DNA of 32,000 bases from Thermofilum adornatum. Lineage in GTDB: Archaea > Thermoproteota > Thermoprotei > Thermofilales > Thermofilaceae. The DNA is taken from assembly GCF_000446015.1 (NCBI RefSeq), contig NC_022093.1:660001-692000 (forward strand). The letters are read 5' to 3'. The position numbers and the translations under genes were made by a program. Each line of letters opens with the position of its first letter. The first letter of the stretch is position 1. Shown one piece after another: positions 24,719 through 32,000 of this stretch. The notes beneath the pieces are model-generated. The model did no database searches. It was given only the letters and a program-made list of their open reading frames with translations, and was not told where the DNA came from.

Positions 24719-25078
24719 GTGTCTAGCGGTGAAAACGAGGCAAAAATAGAGAGAGCAATAAAAGTCAAAGTGGAGACACTCGGTGACTTGGCGAGACTAG
24801 CAAGTAGCGCAACCACGCTTGGACACATGGTCTACATCATACACTACGAGGAAAACTCTAAACACTACTACGGGGTATTCATTGTTTTTCGGGACTACTA
24901 CAAGATGTATGGCCTCCCCATGTTCTACTACTATGAGACCGAAAAGCCCCTAAACGGGAACTACATCCTATTCAAGATGGACGACTCGGGCGAACAACTA
25001 GAGGTAGCCAAGGGCACTAAGCCCGGCTACATTACGATACCAATAGTAAACTTCTCGAAGAAGCCAGAGATACTATAA
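24719..25078 (+). CDS. Hypothetical Tyr-rich protein (119 aa)
   Basis: A GTG-start ORF begins 24 nt after the preceding gene and looks beta-rich (YIIHYEENSKHYYGVFIVFRDYYKMYGLPMFYYYE). I recognise no family. Confidence 0.5.
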   Translation: MSSGENEAKIERAIKVKVETLGDLARLASSATTLGHMVYIIHYEENSKHYYGVFIVFRDYYKMYGLPMFYYYETEKPLNGNYILFKMDDSGEQLEVAKGTKPGYITIPIVNFSKKPEIL

Positions 25079-25112
25079 AAGAAAAACAGCAAAAGACGAC
25101 GCTATAATCTCT

Positions 25113-25403
25113 TTACTGTTTTTTCTCGAGCAGTATCTCGATGGTGCTGATGGTCCTCTTCTTGTCTCCTTCGCCGACAGTCTCGCTGCCAATCTTTATG
25201 CTACTAACGTCGACTTCGCCCTTGAGGAACCTGCTCCTGACGATCTCTGCAACGTCGACAGCCCTGCTGATTGCTCTTCCCCTTGCCTTTATGAGAACCT
25301 TCTTGGCGCCCTGGTTGAACTGTATGACGGCTGCTAGGACGTAGTTCATTACGCTCTTGTTTCCTACTAGTACGCTTCCTTCTGTCACGGACATTTTGTT
25401 CAC
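25113..25403 (-). CDS. albA: Chromatin protein Alba (Sso10b family)
   Basis: [50 protein letters not shown]...STIEILLEK matches the Alba family. Confidence 0.9.
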   Translation of the reverse strand: MNKMSVTEGSVLVGNKSVMNYVLAAVIQFNQGAKKVLIKARGRAISRAVDVAEIVRSRFLKGEVDVSSIKIGSETVGEGDKKRTISTIEILLEKKQ

Positions 25404-25458
25404 CTTTTCGGCAACGTGTTTAACGACGTATCATTAATAAAGGTATCGCATGGGAAAA

Positions 25459-27048
25459 CTAGCCCAGCGACGGCTTCAAGTCCAAGTCGTAGCCGTATCT
25501 ACGCACGATTCTTTCAAGCTTTCTCCTGGGCTTCCCGGCGAGATAATTAAACTCGTCGACCGGCACCCTGATTGTTACAACTGCATCAGCATCGTTGATG
25601 GTTATCTCGTAGCCACTGTCTCCAATAATCTTGAAGAGCGCCCTCTCCAAGGCATTCTTCATCTTGTAGTTCTCGACGCTTATCTTTTCGGAGTGGCGCT
25701 TGATCGGGACCACAAAGGTTCTCTCACCAAACACGTATAGCTCGTACTCTGGGTCCCCCGACAAGAAGTCCCTAACGACGACCACCGGCCTTGCCAAATC
25801 CTCCTCCTTCAAGCCGTAAGGAATCTTGACCGTTGTCTCAAGCGAGTAGACCTTCTCGACACGTCCATGCTTAACATAGATAACAGTGTCAATAATCGAC
25901 GGAATCATTCCTAGCTCCACCCTCCCGATAAACCTCTGGACAGCGTCTATAGGCGAAGTAGCATGTACAACCCCAACCATACCCACGCCTGCAAGCCTCA
26001 GATCCGCGTAGAGCTCAAAGTCCTTCGTGTCACGCATCTCGTCGAAAAACGTGTAGTCGGGCCTGCTCAGCAACAGGACGTCGTGTATCTCCTCGGATGT
26101 GGCGTAGTTCCTGGAATACTGCGTAATGTCGGCTGGCAGGTGCATGTCCCTCGGAGACTCAATCGTCTTGACAACTTTGCCCTTCCTGTAGTAGTACTCC
26201 GCCAAGGCCTGGGCAAAAGTGGTCTTACCCATGCCCGGCGCGCCCGCAATAAGTATACCCTCGGCTTGCTTCTCTAACCTCTCCAAAAGCTTCTTAGGCA
26301 GATTGTAGTCTTCCAGCCGCAACCTGGCGACCGGCCTTGTAACAGTTATCTCTATGCCGTCTGAGAAGGGCGGCTTAGTTATAACCACACGATAAAGATC
26401 AAGCTGTGCAATGACGACGCCTACACCCTCATACTCGATAAACGACGTGCTAGTGTTAGTCCTAACCATCTCAAAGATCTGCCTCACGTAGTCCTCCAGC
26501 TCCTCTCTCGTTAACGGCTCCTCACGCAGACTGACAAAGCTCCACTGGCCAGGCACCCCCCTCTTCGCGTACGGCTTGGCCCCCTCCTTCAAATGTATAC
26601 TCATAACGTCGGGCCCAAAAAACTTCTCCAAGAAGAACTCCTTCTCCCCCCTAGGGGGCAACACCCAAACATCTATACCCATAGACCTGGCAACGGTTGC
26701 GGACAGCTCGTCACACGTCACAAGAACCCCGTCGACCTCCAGGGCCACAAGCCTCGACACGACGTCTGGACTCAGGTCCCGCTGGCCCCTAACAGAGCCC
26801 GGCAACTCGTAGACATACTCCAGCTCGACAACCTCTGGCATAGTCTCGACTGCCTCCCTTAACAAGCTAAGCTCACGGACCCCACTATACCCAATACTGC
26901 TACCCTTACGGGCCTGCTCTTCAAAGTAGTTCAGCAAGTACGCTGGAACAACGACTTTGCCAGACACCTTCCCATCTAGTATGTACTCTCGAAACACGCC
27001 GCTAAGTATCGCAGACGTGTCGGGGACGTATATCTTCCCTTCAGACAT
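25459..27048 (-). CDS. PIN domain / PilT-like ATPase / KH domain protein (conserved archaeal COG1855-type ATPase)
   Basis: The N-terminus IYVPDTSAILSG is PIN-like. Walker A is LIAGAPGMGKTTFAQALA. The C-terminus AGKPRRKLERIVRRYGYDLDLKP is KH-like. The ATG at 27048 is preferred because a TATA-like GTTTAAAAG, read on the - strand at 27083-27091, lies 35 nt upstream. Confidence 0.8.
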   Translation of the reverse strand: MSEGKIYVPDTSAILSGVFREYILDGKVSGKVVVPAYLLNYFEEQARKGSSIGYSGVRELSLLREAVETMPEVVELEYVYELPGSVRGQRDLSPDVVSRLVALEVDGVLVTCDELSATVARSMGIDVWVLPPRGEKEFFLEKFFGPDVMSIHLKEGAKPYAKRGVPGQWSFVSLREEPLTREELEDYVRQIFEMVRTNTSTSFIEYEGVGVVIAQLDLYRVVITKPPFSDGIEITVTRPVARLRLEDYNLPKKLLERLEKQAEGILIAGAPGMGKTTFAQALAEYYYRKGKVVKTIESPRDMHLPADITQYSRNYATSEEIHDVLLLSRPDYTFFDEMRDTKDFELYADLRLAGVGMVGVVHATSPIDAVQRFIGRVELGMIPSIIDTVIYVKHGRVEKVYSLETTVKIPYGLKEEDLARPVVVVRDFLSGDPEYELYVFGERTFVVPIKRHSEKISVENYKMKNALERALFKIIGDSGYEITINDADAVVTIRVPVDEFNYLAGKPRRKLERIVRRYGYDLDLKPSLG

Positions 27049-27410
27049 CACTCTATACCCTGCCAACAACAAACAACAACCCCTTTTAAACATTATGAAC
27101 ACAGAGAATAACATATATTGCGTGGGAATTTTCCGAAGCTAACAATTCATCGAAGCCCTAAAATATGACATCATATGACATAATTCTCTACAACTCCAAA
27201 AGACTAACCTAACAAGGTTCAAAAAAACCTAGTCACTCCACATATTGGATAATGATAAACCTCTTTCTGAATATATTACAAAAATATTAAATCCCCTTTT
27301 TACAAGCTATCATATGCGTACTCAAAGCGCGCTTACATGGCTAGCCTCAATCAGCCAGATCAAACCAGTATGGAACCAGGTCTACGTGTTCTATTAGGAA
27401 GGTGGCTGGA

Positions 27411-28313
27411 ATGAGTAAGGCGTGGATAGTTGCAAAGAAAGAGATAAAAGACAACATAAAGAGCAAGAGATATTGGGCGCTTGTAGCCATCCTAGTACTT
27501 TTTGGCATAGCCCTCTCCACCTATCTAACTGTATCAATCACGATTGGAGAGAGACAGGAAAGACTCTTCACAAGTTTCTGGAGTAGCTTTGTCGGTTCCC
27601 TCTCCTTCATACTACCAATAATTGGAATATCCCTTGGCTTTAGCTCGATATCCGGGGAAAGAGAGAGGGGCACAATAAGACTCTTACTTGCTAGGCCAAT
27701 ATACAGAGACGACTTACTCAACGGAAAGCTTATCGCAGGGGCACTACTAATATTATTGGCACTCTTTGTCTCCTATTCCTTGATCATACCCTCAGCCATC
27801 CTGCTTAGAGGCGTGAACCTGACCACGACTGATGTCGCAAAGCTACTTCTCCTAGTAGTCCCAGCAGAGCTTATAGCCCTCGTGTATCTCTCGATATCTC
27901 TCTTCTTCTCGACAGTCTCCAACAGGTCGGGAACCTCGCTTGTCCTCTCAATCATAGCCTGGATACTCTTCCACATCATTATGCCCCTACTAGCCTGCTT
28001 GGCCGCCGTAATGATACTAGGACCACCACCAGCCCTACCAACACAGACAAGCGGAGTCCCACAAATCCCTCCACAGGCAAAAGACTATTACCAAAAATTC
28101 ACAATCATCGTTGGCACCATTCTCTCCATTGTTCCGGATCAGCACTTCTCGACGCTTGCTTCAGCCATATATGGACGACAAGAATCCCAAGAAATCTATG
28201 TCCCCGAAATACTTACAAACGCATGGGTCTCCTTACTGGTTCTAACAGGATACATCATAATATTCCTAGCCCTCTCATACACAGTCTTCGTAAAAAGACA
28301 GGAAAACAAATAA
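27411..28313 (+). CDS. ABC-2-type transporter permease with no adjacent ATPase
   Basis: The N-terminus MSKAWIVAKKEIKDNIKSKRYWALVAILVL is typical of ABC-2/NosY-like permeases. About 6 hydrophobic segments are visible. Confidence 0.65.
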   Translation: MSKAWIVAKKEIKDNIKSKRYWALVAILVLFGIALSTYLTVSITIGERQERLFTSFWSSFVGSLSFILPIIGISLGFSSISGERERGTIRLLLARPIYRDDLLNGKLIAGALLILLALFVSYSLIIPSAILLRGVNLTTTDVAKLLLLVVPAELIALVYLSISLFFSTVSNRSGTSLVLSIIAWILFHIIMPLLACLAAVMILGPPPALPTQTSGVPQIPPQAKDYYQKFTIIVGTILSIVPDQHFSTLASAIYGRQESQEIYVPEILTNAWVSLLVLTGYIIIFLALSYTVFVKRQENK

Positions 28314-28490
28314 CTAAAACATGTTAACAGCCTTTTTCATTTTTGCCGCAATTCTAGACCTCTTTCGTAGCGAGCTTCCCAACCTTTTTCTCTCGATCTG
28401 AAAATCTTCCCTCAGAAAGTTGCAGAACAATAAGTAACGATATAACTTGTAGCAAAAATACTTTGAACCCAGAGCCTAACTAACGTCTAC

Positions 28491-28886
28491 CTATAGCTCT
28501 GTCAACAGCTTCAAACCATGCTTCTGAAATCTAGGGTAGTGTCGAAGGTCACGCGTCAACAATGGCAGACCCAGAGATATAGCAGTTGCAGCAATAACCA
28601 CATCAGCCTGGGGAACCTTATAGCCCTCCTTAGATAACGCTACATCAAGCTCAAGAGCCTTCATTAGTATGTTTTGATCAAGAAAGACAACACTAAAGAG
28701 CTTCTCGATAACATTTTTCTCCCTTTCAACACTCTTGCCTAGATACGCATAGCCATATAAGTACTCGTATAGTGCTACAAACGGAACTAAAGCTATTCTG
28801 CTTGAAAGCTTCATAAATAGCTCTTCGTCTCCATTCTCTAACACATCTATGAGAATACTCGTATCCACAACTATCTTCTCAGCCAA
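28491..28886 (-). CDS. vapC: VapC-type PIN-domain toxin
   Basis: IVVDTSILIDVLENGDEE...PQADVVIAATAISLGLPLLTRDLRHY shows the PIN acidic residues. It overlaps the upstream antitoxin gene by 16 nt. Confidence 0.85.
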   Translation of the reverse strand: MAEKIVVDTSILIDVLENGDEELFMKLSSRIALVPFVALYEYLYGYAYLGKSVEREKNVIEKLFSVVFLDQNILMKALELDVALSKEGYKVPQADVVIAATAISLGLPLLTRDLRHYPRFQKHGLKLLTEL

Positions 28887-29119
28887 GCGCTCTCCTCCCT
28901 CAGCCTCCCCCTAACCTCTGCTAGTACGCGCTTCTCCTCCTCGGACAAATCCTTATTCTTCACGTATTCAAGCACCTCCATGGCCATGGCACGATTAGCC
29001 AGCTCTACAGCCATGCGTATAGCATCCTCAAAAGTGGAACAGTTTGTCCTCTGCTTAAACTCACTCAACAAAACATATGTTTCCTCAGACACAGCTACAG
29101 TCCTAACCTTCCTGCGCAC
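28871..29119 (-). CDS. vapB: VapB-type antitoxin (ribbon-helix-helix-like N-terminus)
   Basis: An 82-aa ORF lies directly upstream of and overlaps the PIN gene. VAVSEETYVLLSEFKQRT is typical of archaeal antitoxin N-termini. Confidence 0.65.
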   Translation of the reverse strand: MRRKVRTVAVSEETYVLLSEFKQRTNCSTFEDAIRMAVELANRAMAMEVLEYVKNKDLSEEEKRVLAEVRGRLREESAWLRR

Positions 29120-29235
29120 AACAATATAGCACTACATCAATATATTAATATTGCGTCTCAAACTTGCTTGATCCCCGCAAAACAACGAATCCTCGTGGTA
29201 AATACTTAGCCGTGCTATAACCTTTTACATAATAC

Positions 29236-30054
29236 CTATAGTGGCTCATCTTTGACCTTGATAGTTGCTAGACCCACGAGGAAAAAGGCTATAGAAGCCG
29301 AGAGAGCCATAAGCAAGGACGAGTGAAAACCCTGTGCTTCGCTTACAAAAACGGGAAAAGCAGACACCAGGAATAGCCCGATGACAAACAGGAGACCAAT
29401 AATCTGTGCCCCTGCATAGCCCTCCCGGAGAGTCTCATTGGTCCACACGGCTGGACTTCTAGGAAGACCCCTAGCGGCGAGAAAAGAGAAAGCCACGCTA
29501 GACCCGATAGCCCCCAATAAAAAGATGATAATTCCTGTAACCGCTATACTCGGTTCCCCAAAAACATATCCAAGAGTCGCTATAATAGCCATTGTTGGAA
29601 GTGAAAAAACAAGACATGTCGCCGCCTTCCGCCTAGCCAGCCAGCCCCTAGTCACAGGTAGAACATATAGTAGAAGCGAGCCCTCCCCCTCAGCCACATA
29701 GAAGTAGCCCGCACCCGCACCGGCGAACCCCGCCATAAACAGGCTAAGTGACGGGATTATCAGTGCAGTCTTGGATCCCCTCATGAAAGAGAATATAATC
29801 ATTAACGGGACCACGTTCATGTAGTATACTATATATGCGAGCATCCTGGGATTCCTAGCCAGAAGCTTCAAATCCTTCAACAAAGGCTCAAAAAAACCCG
29901 ACCGCAGATGCAGTCTCCCGCCAGCCTGAGGCACATGCATAGAAGAAAGCCCCGAGCCAGCCAACCGCCAAAGCCGAGACGCCCCATACCAAAAAACCGT
30001 TGCCCCGGCAACGACGAAAATGACTGAGGAAAGGATAGCAGGACCCAAGCCCAA
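29236..30054 (-). CDS. Integral membrane ABC-2-like permease, distal ORF; the 5' boundary is uncertain (see finding)
   Basis: It has multiple hydrophobic helices. FEPLLKDLKLLARNPRMLAYIVYY resembles an ABC-2 permease N-terminal motif. The frame stays open upstream to 30105. Confidence 0.55.
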   Translation of the reverse strand: MGLGPAILSSVIFVVAGATVFWYGASRLWRLAGSGLSSMHVPQAGGRLHLRSGFFEPLLKDLKLLARNPRMLAYIVYYMNVVPLMIIFSFMRGSKTALIIPSLSLFMAGFAGAGAGYFYVAEGEGSLLLYVLPVTRGWLARRKAATCLVFSLPTMAIIATLGYVFGEPSIAVTGIIIFLLGAIGSSVAFSFLAARGLPRSPAVWTNETLREGYAGAQIIGLLFVIGLFLVSAFPVFVSEAQGFHSSLLMALSASIAFFLVGLATIKVKDEPL

Positions 30055-30752
30055 TACAGCTCCCCCAAAGGAAAACGGGGCAACACGTCCAAAACCTCCC
30101 TGGGCAAACTAGCCCCTGGAAAAAGCTGGGGTACAATCTGCAGGATACCGGCCAAGCTCAAAAAGACAAACCACACAGCCGTCTGGACCCCTCTCAAAAA
30201 CAAGCTCCTCGTATACTTCCCCCCAAGGGACCCCGCAATATAGCCAATGCCAAAAGCCAACAAGAGAACCGAGAAAGCCTCCACCAGGCCCCAGAAAATC
30301 AGGCCCCACATCTTGAAATACAGCGAGACCACTATGACCCCCGGAATCACCAGAAACGGCACCGAGGCGCCGCCAAGATACACCCCCACCAGGAGAAGGG
30401 CAATCCTAAGGTCCCACTCGTCCACCGGCATAAAAGAAATGGGCTTCAAAAGGTCTTCGCTAAGAATAGTATTTGTAGCCGCAGTCACGGCGAAGGCGCC
30501 AAAAAAGAGCCCGAGAAGGCCGAGAGCCCCCATAAGCAAGGGGAGCGCACCTATATCAGACAAAAACATTACAGAAGACACTACAGACAAAAAACTCATA
30601 AACAGGATGCCCACGGCCATAGACCCAGAGAAAAACCCTCCAAGAAAATACTTTCTCCCAGATACCCCAGACCCAAACTTCCTAGATGCACGGTAAGCAG
30701 TCTCCCTAACAAGAACCCTGGACAGCTCCCTCCAGCCCATCAGAACCCCCAC
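29877..30752 (-). CDS. Integral membrane ABC-2-like permease, proximal ORF; the 3' end is doubtful
   Basis: It overlaps the ABC ATPase stop by 13 nt and has several hydrophobic helices. The last 55 aa or so (…GWLARGFLLCMCLRLAGDCICGRVFLSLC) look non-native and overlap the next ORF by 178 nt. Confidence 0.55.
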   Translation of the reverse strand: MGVLMGWRELSRVLVRETAYRASRKFGSGVSGRKYFLGGFFSGSMAVGILFMSFLSVVSSVMFLSDIGALPLLMGALGLLGLFFGAFAVTAATNTILSEDLLKPISFMPVDEWDLRIALLLVGVYLGGASVPFLVIPGVIVVSLYFKMWGLIFWGLVEAFSVLLLAFGIGYIAGSLGGKYTRSLFLRGVQTAVWFVFLSLAGILQIVPQLFPGASLPREVLDVLPRFPLGELYWAWVLLSFPQSFSSLPGQRFFGMGRLGFGGWLARGFLLCMCLRLAGDCICGRVFLSLC

Positions 30753-31498
30753 AGCAACCTAATCATCTCCTTAACCTCGTCGCTGAGGCCAGTAGCCCTA
30801 AGAAAAACTGACTCCAGGTCGGGCGCCGAAAGCCTCTCCTTTAGCTCCTTCGGGGACCCCGCTCCCACAACCCTCCCCCTACTCAAAATAACAACATTGT
30901 CAGCTACAGCCTCGGCAATCTCGAGAATATGAGTAGAAAACACGACGGTCCTCCCCTCACTTGCAAGCTTCCTCAAAAGCTCCTTGAGAATCCTCCCAGA
31001 CTCCGGGTCGAGACCATTAAAAGGCTCATCCAAAATGAGCACCGCAGGCTCGTGGAGAAGGGCCAAAATCAGCGAAAGCTTCCTCTTGTTCCCCAAGCTC
31101 AGCTCCCCACAAAGCTTCCCCACCTGGTCCCCAAGCTTAAAAAGCCTCACAAGACGCTCAATCCTCTCCCTCAAAAACCCGTTGGGAATCCCATATATCG
31201 AGCTAACAAACGAGAACAGCTCACCAGGAGTCAAACTCTCATAAAGAACAACCTCCTCCGGACAATACCCAACGATCCGCCTAGCAGAAACCGGATCCCG
31301 CACAGGGTCAACGCCACCAACCACAACACGCCCAGAATCAGGTCTCACGAGGCCGAGAGCCATCTTCATAAGCGTACTCTTACCCGACCCATTAGGACCC
31401 AGCAACGCGTGGACAACACCCGGCCTAAACTCCACGGAAACACCGTCCAAAACAACATTGCCCCCAAACCTTTTGGACACACCCTGATAAATCAGCAT
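30740..31498 (-). CDS. ABC transporter ATP-binding protein
   Basis: Walker A is LLGPNGSGKSTLMK, the signature is LSLGNKRKLSLILAL, Walker B is LILDEPFNGLD, and the H-loop is VFSTHIL. Confidence 0.95.
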   Translation of the reverse strand: MLIYQGVSKRFGGNVVLDGVSVEFRPGVVHALLGPNGSGKSTLMKMALGLVRPDSGRVVVGGVDPVRDPVSARRIVGYCPEEVVLYESLTPGELFSFVSSIYGIPNGFLRERIERLVRLFKLGDQVGKLCGELSLGNKRKLSLILALLHEPAVLILDEPFNGLDPESGRILKELLRKLASEGRTVVFSTHILEIAEAVADNVVILSRGRVVGAGSPKELKERLSAPDLESVFLRATGLSDEVKEMIRLLWGF

Positions 31499-31646
31499 AC
31501 CATATCACTATATAACTAAAACTTCGACTTTATAAACCTATTTATAAATCCCAGCGTCAAACTACAGCAACTCGCCTGAAATGCCAGCTAAACATTGAAG
31601 CAAGCTCTAGAAAAACATATATGCATGTGTTACAAAAAATACATGT

Positions 31647-31889
31647 ATGGCAATCATTACCGTAAGGATCCCCGAAGAACTAAAAAAGAAAATGCGCGAA
31701 ATAGACATAAACTGGAGCGAATACATCAGATCCGCCATAGAGAAAAGAATAGAAGAAGAAAAAAGAAAAAACATAGCCAAAGCAGTCCTACTAAACGAGA
31801 AACTCAGAAAAAAATCCAAGGGCGAACCACCCGCCGAAGAGATCATACGAACATTCAGGGAAAGCCGCTATGGAGACAGTGGTAATTGA
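31647..31889 (+). CDS. vapB: VapB-like antitoxin
   Basis: MAIITVRIPEELKKKMREIDINWSEYIRSAIEKRIEEEKRK is typical of archaeal antitoxins. It overlaps the downstream PIN gene by 20 nt. Confidence 0.6.
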   Translation: MAIITVRIPEELKKKMREIDINWSEYIRSAIEKRIEEEKRKNIAKAVLLNEKLRKKSKGEPPAEEIIRTFRESRYGDSGN

Positions 31890-32000
31890 CGCAAGCGTAG
31901 CAGTCAAGTGGTTCGTAGAAGAACACGGCACACAAAAAGCACTAGAACTAAGAGACCGCTACATAGATGGAGAACTAAAACTTATAGCCCCCCAACTATT
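31870..32000 (+). CDS. vapC: VapC-type PIN-domain toxin, N-terminal fragment that runs off the window
   Basis: My own translation from the ATG at 31870 is METVVIDASVAVKWFVEEHGTQKALELRDRYIDGELKLIAPQL, a canonical PIN N-terminus. Confidence 0.75.
   Translation, partial: METVVIDASVAVKWFVEEHGTQKALELRDRYIDGELKLIAPQL

Noticed and set aside
25450-25740. A 96-aa + ORF, with further + ORFs at 25963-26862
   Set aside because: They are antisense to the PIN-PilT-KH ATPase gene, which has clear Walker A and KH motifs.
30929-31519. A 196-aa + strand ORF, and an 86-aa ORF at 30984-31244
   Set aside because: They are antisense to the unambiguous ABC ATPase gene. The translations are P/K/N/R-rich and low-complexity.
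31595-31885. A 96-aa K/R-rich ORF overlapping the antitoxin gene in another frame
   Set aside because: The alternative frame (31647-31889) gives a typical VapB-like antitoxin that overlaps the PIN gene start. The 96-aa frame is poly-basic low-complexity sequence.
1-32000. CRISPR arrays, rRNA operons, IS elements and inteins
   Set aside because: No regularly spaced direct repeats, no rRNA signature strings, and no transposase or integrase-like ORFs were seen. MCM, aIF5B, Hel308 and the SMC-like protein are of uninterrupted normal length with contiguous motifs, so no intein is present.

Overview
The window looks like a chromosomal segment of a hyperthermophilic crenarchaeon. A Thermoproteales/Thermofilum-like lineage fits best. 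This rests on a crenactin gene cluster, a tRNA intron at a non-canonical position, A+T-rich TATA boxes 25-35 nt upstream of start codons, and G+C-rich RNA genes in a moderate-GC background. All protein calls come from reading the supplied translations against remembered family motifs; no database search was run.

Layout:
- 1-16.7 kb is informational core. It holds the SRP54 3' end, a PRC-barrel protein, archaeal DnaG, L24e, aIF5B, a tightly packed GINS-MCM-Hel308 operon, S28e/L7Ae, a PUA-NOL1/NOP2 RNA methyltransferase, the proteasome-alpha/SBDS/Rrp4/Rrp41/Rrp42/L37Ae exosome superoperon and KsgA.
- 16.9-19.5 kb is the most unusual part. A roughly 640-nt strongly G+C-rich, densely self-complementary non-coding block runs into the start codon of a 406-aa orphan ORF. 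That ORF carries two degenerate LAGLIDADG-like motifs. tRNA-His and an intron-containing tRNA-Ser follow.
- 19.6-25.1 kb is an actin-type cytoskeleton ('arcade'-like) cluster. It contains crenactin, an arcadin-2-like protein, a 69-aa ORF, an SMC/Rad50-like ATPase with a CxxC hook, and two divergent orphan ORFs.
- 25.1-32 kb holds Alba, a PIN-PilT-KH ATPase, an orphan ABC-2 permease, an ABC ATPase with two overlapping permease ORFs, and two VapBC pairs.

I also propose three C/D-box sRNA candidates and one roughly 105-nt structured RNA of unknown class. No CRISPR array, rRNA, transposase or integrase was seen.
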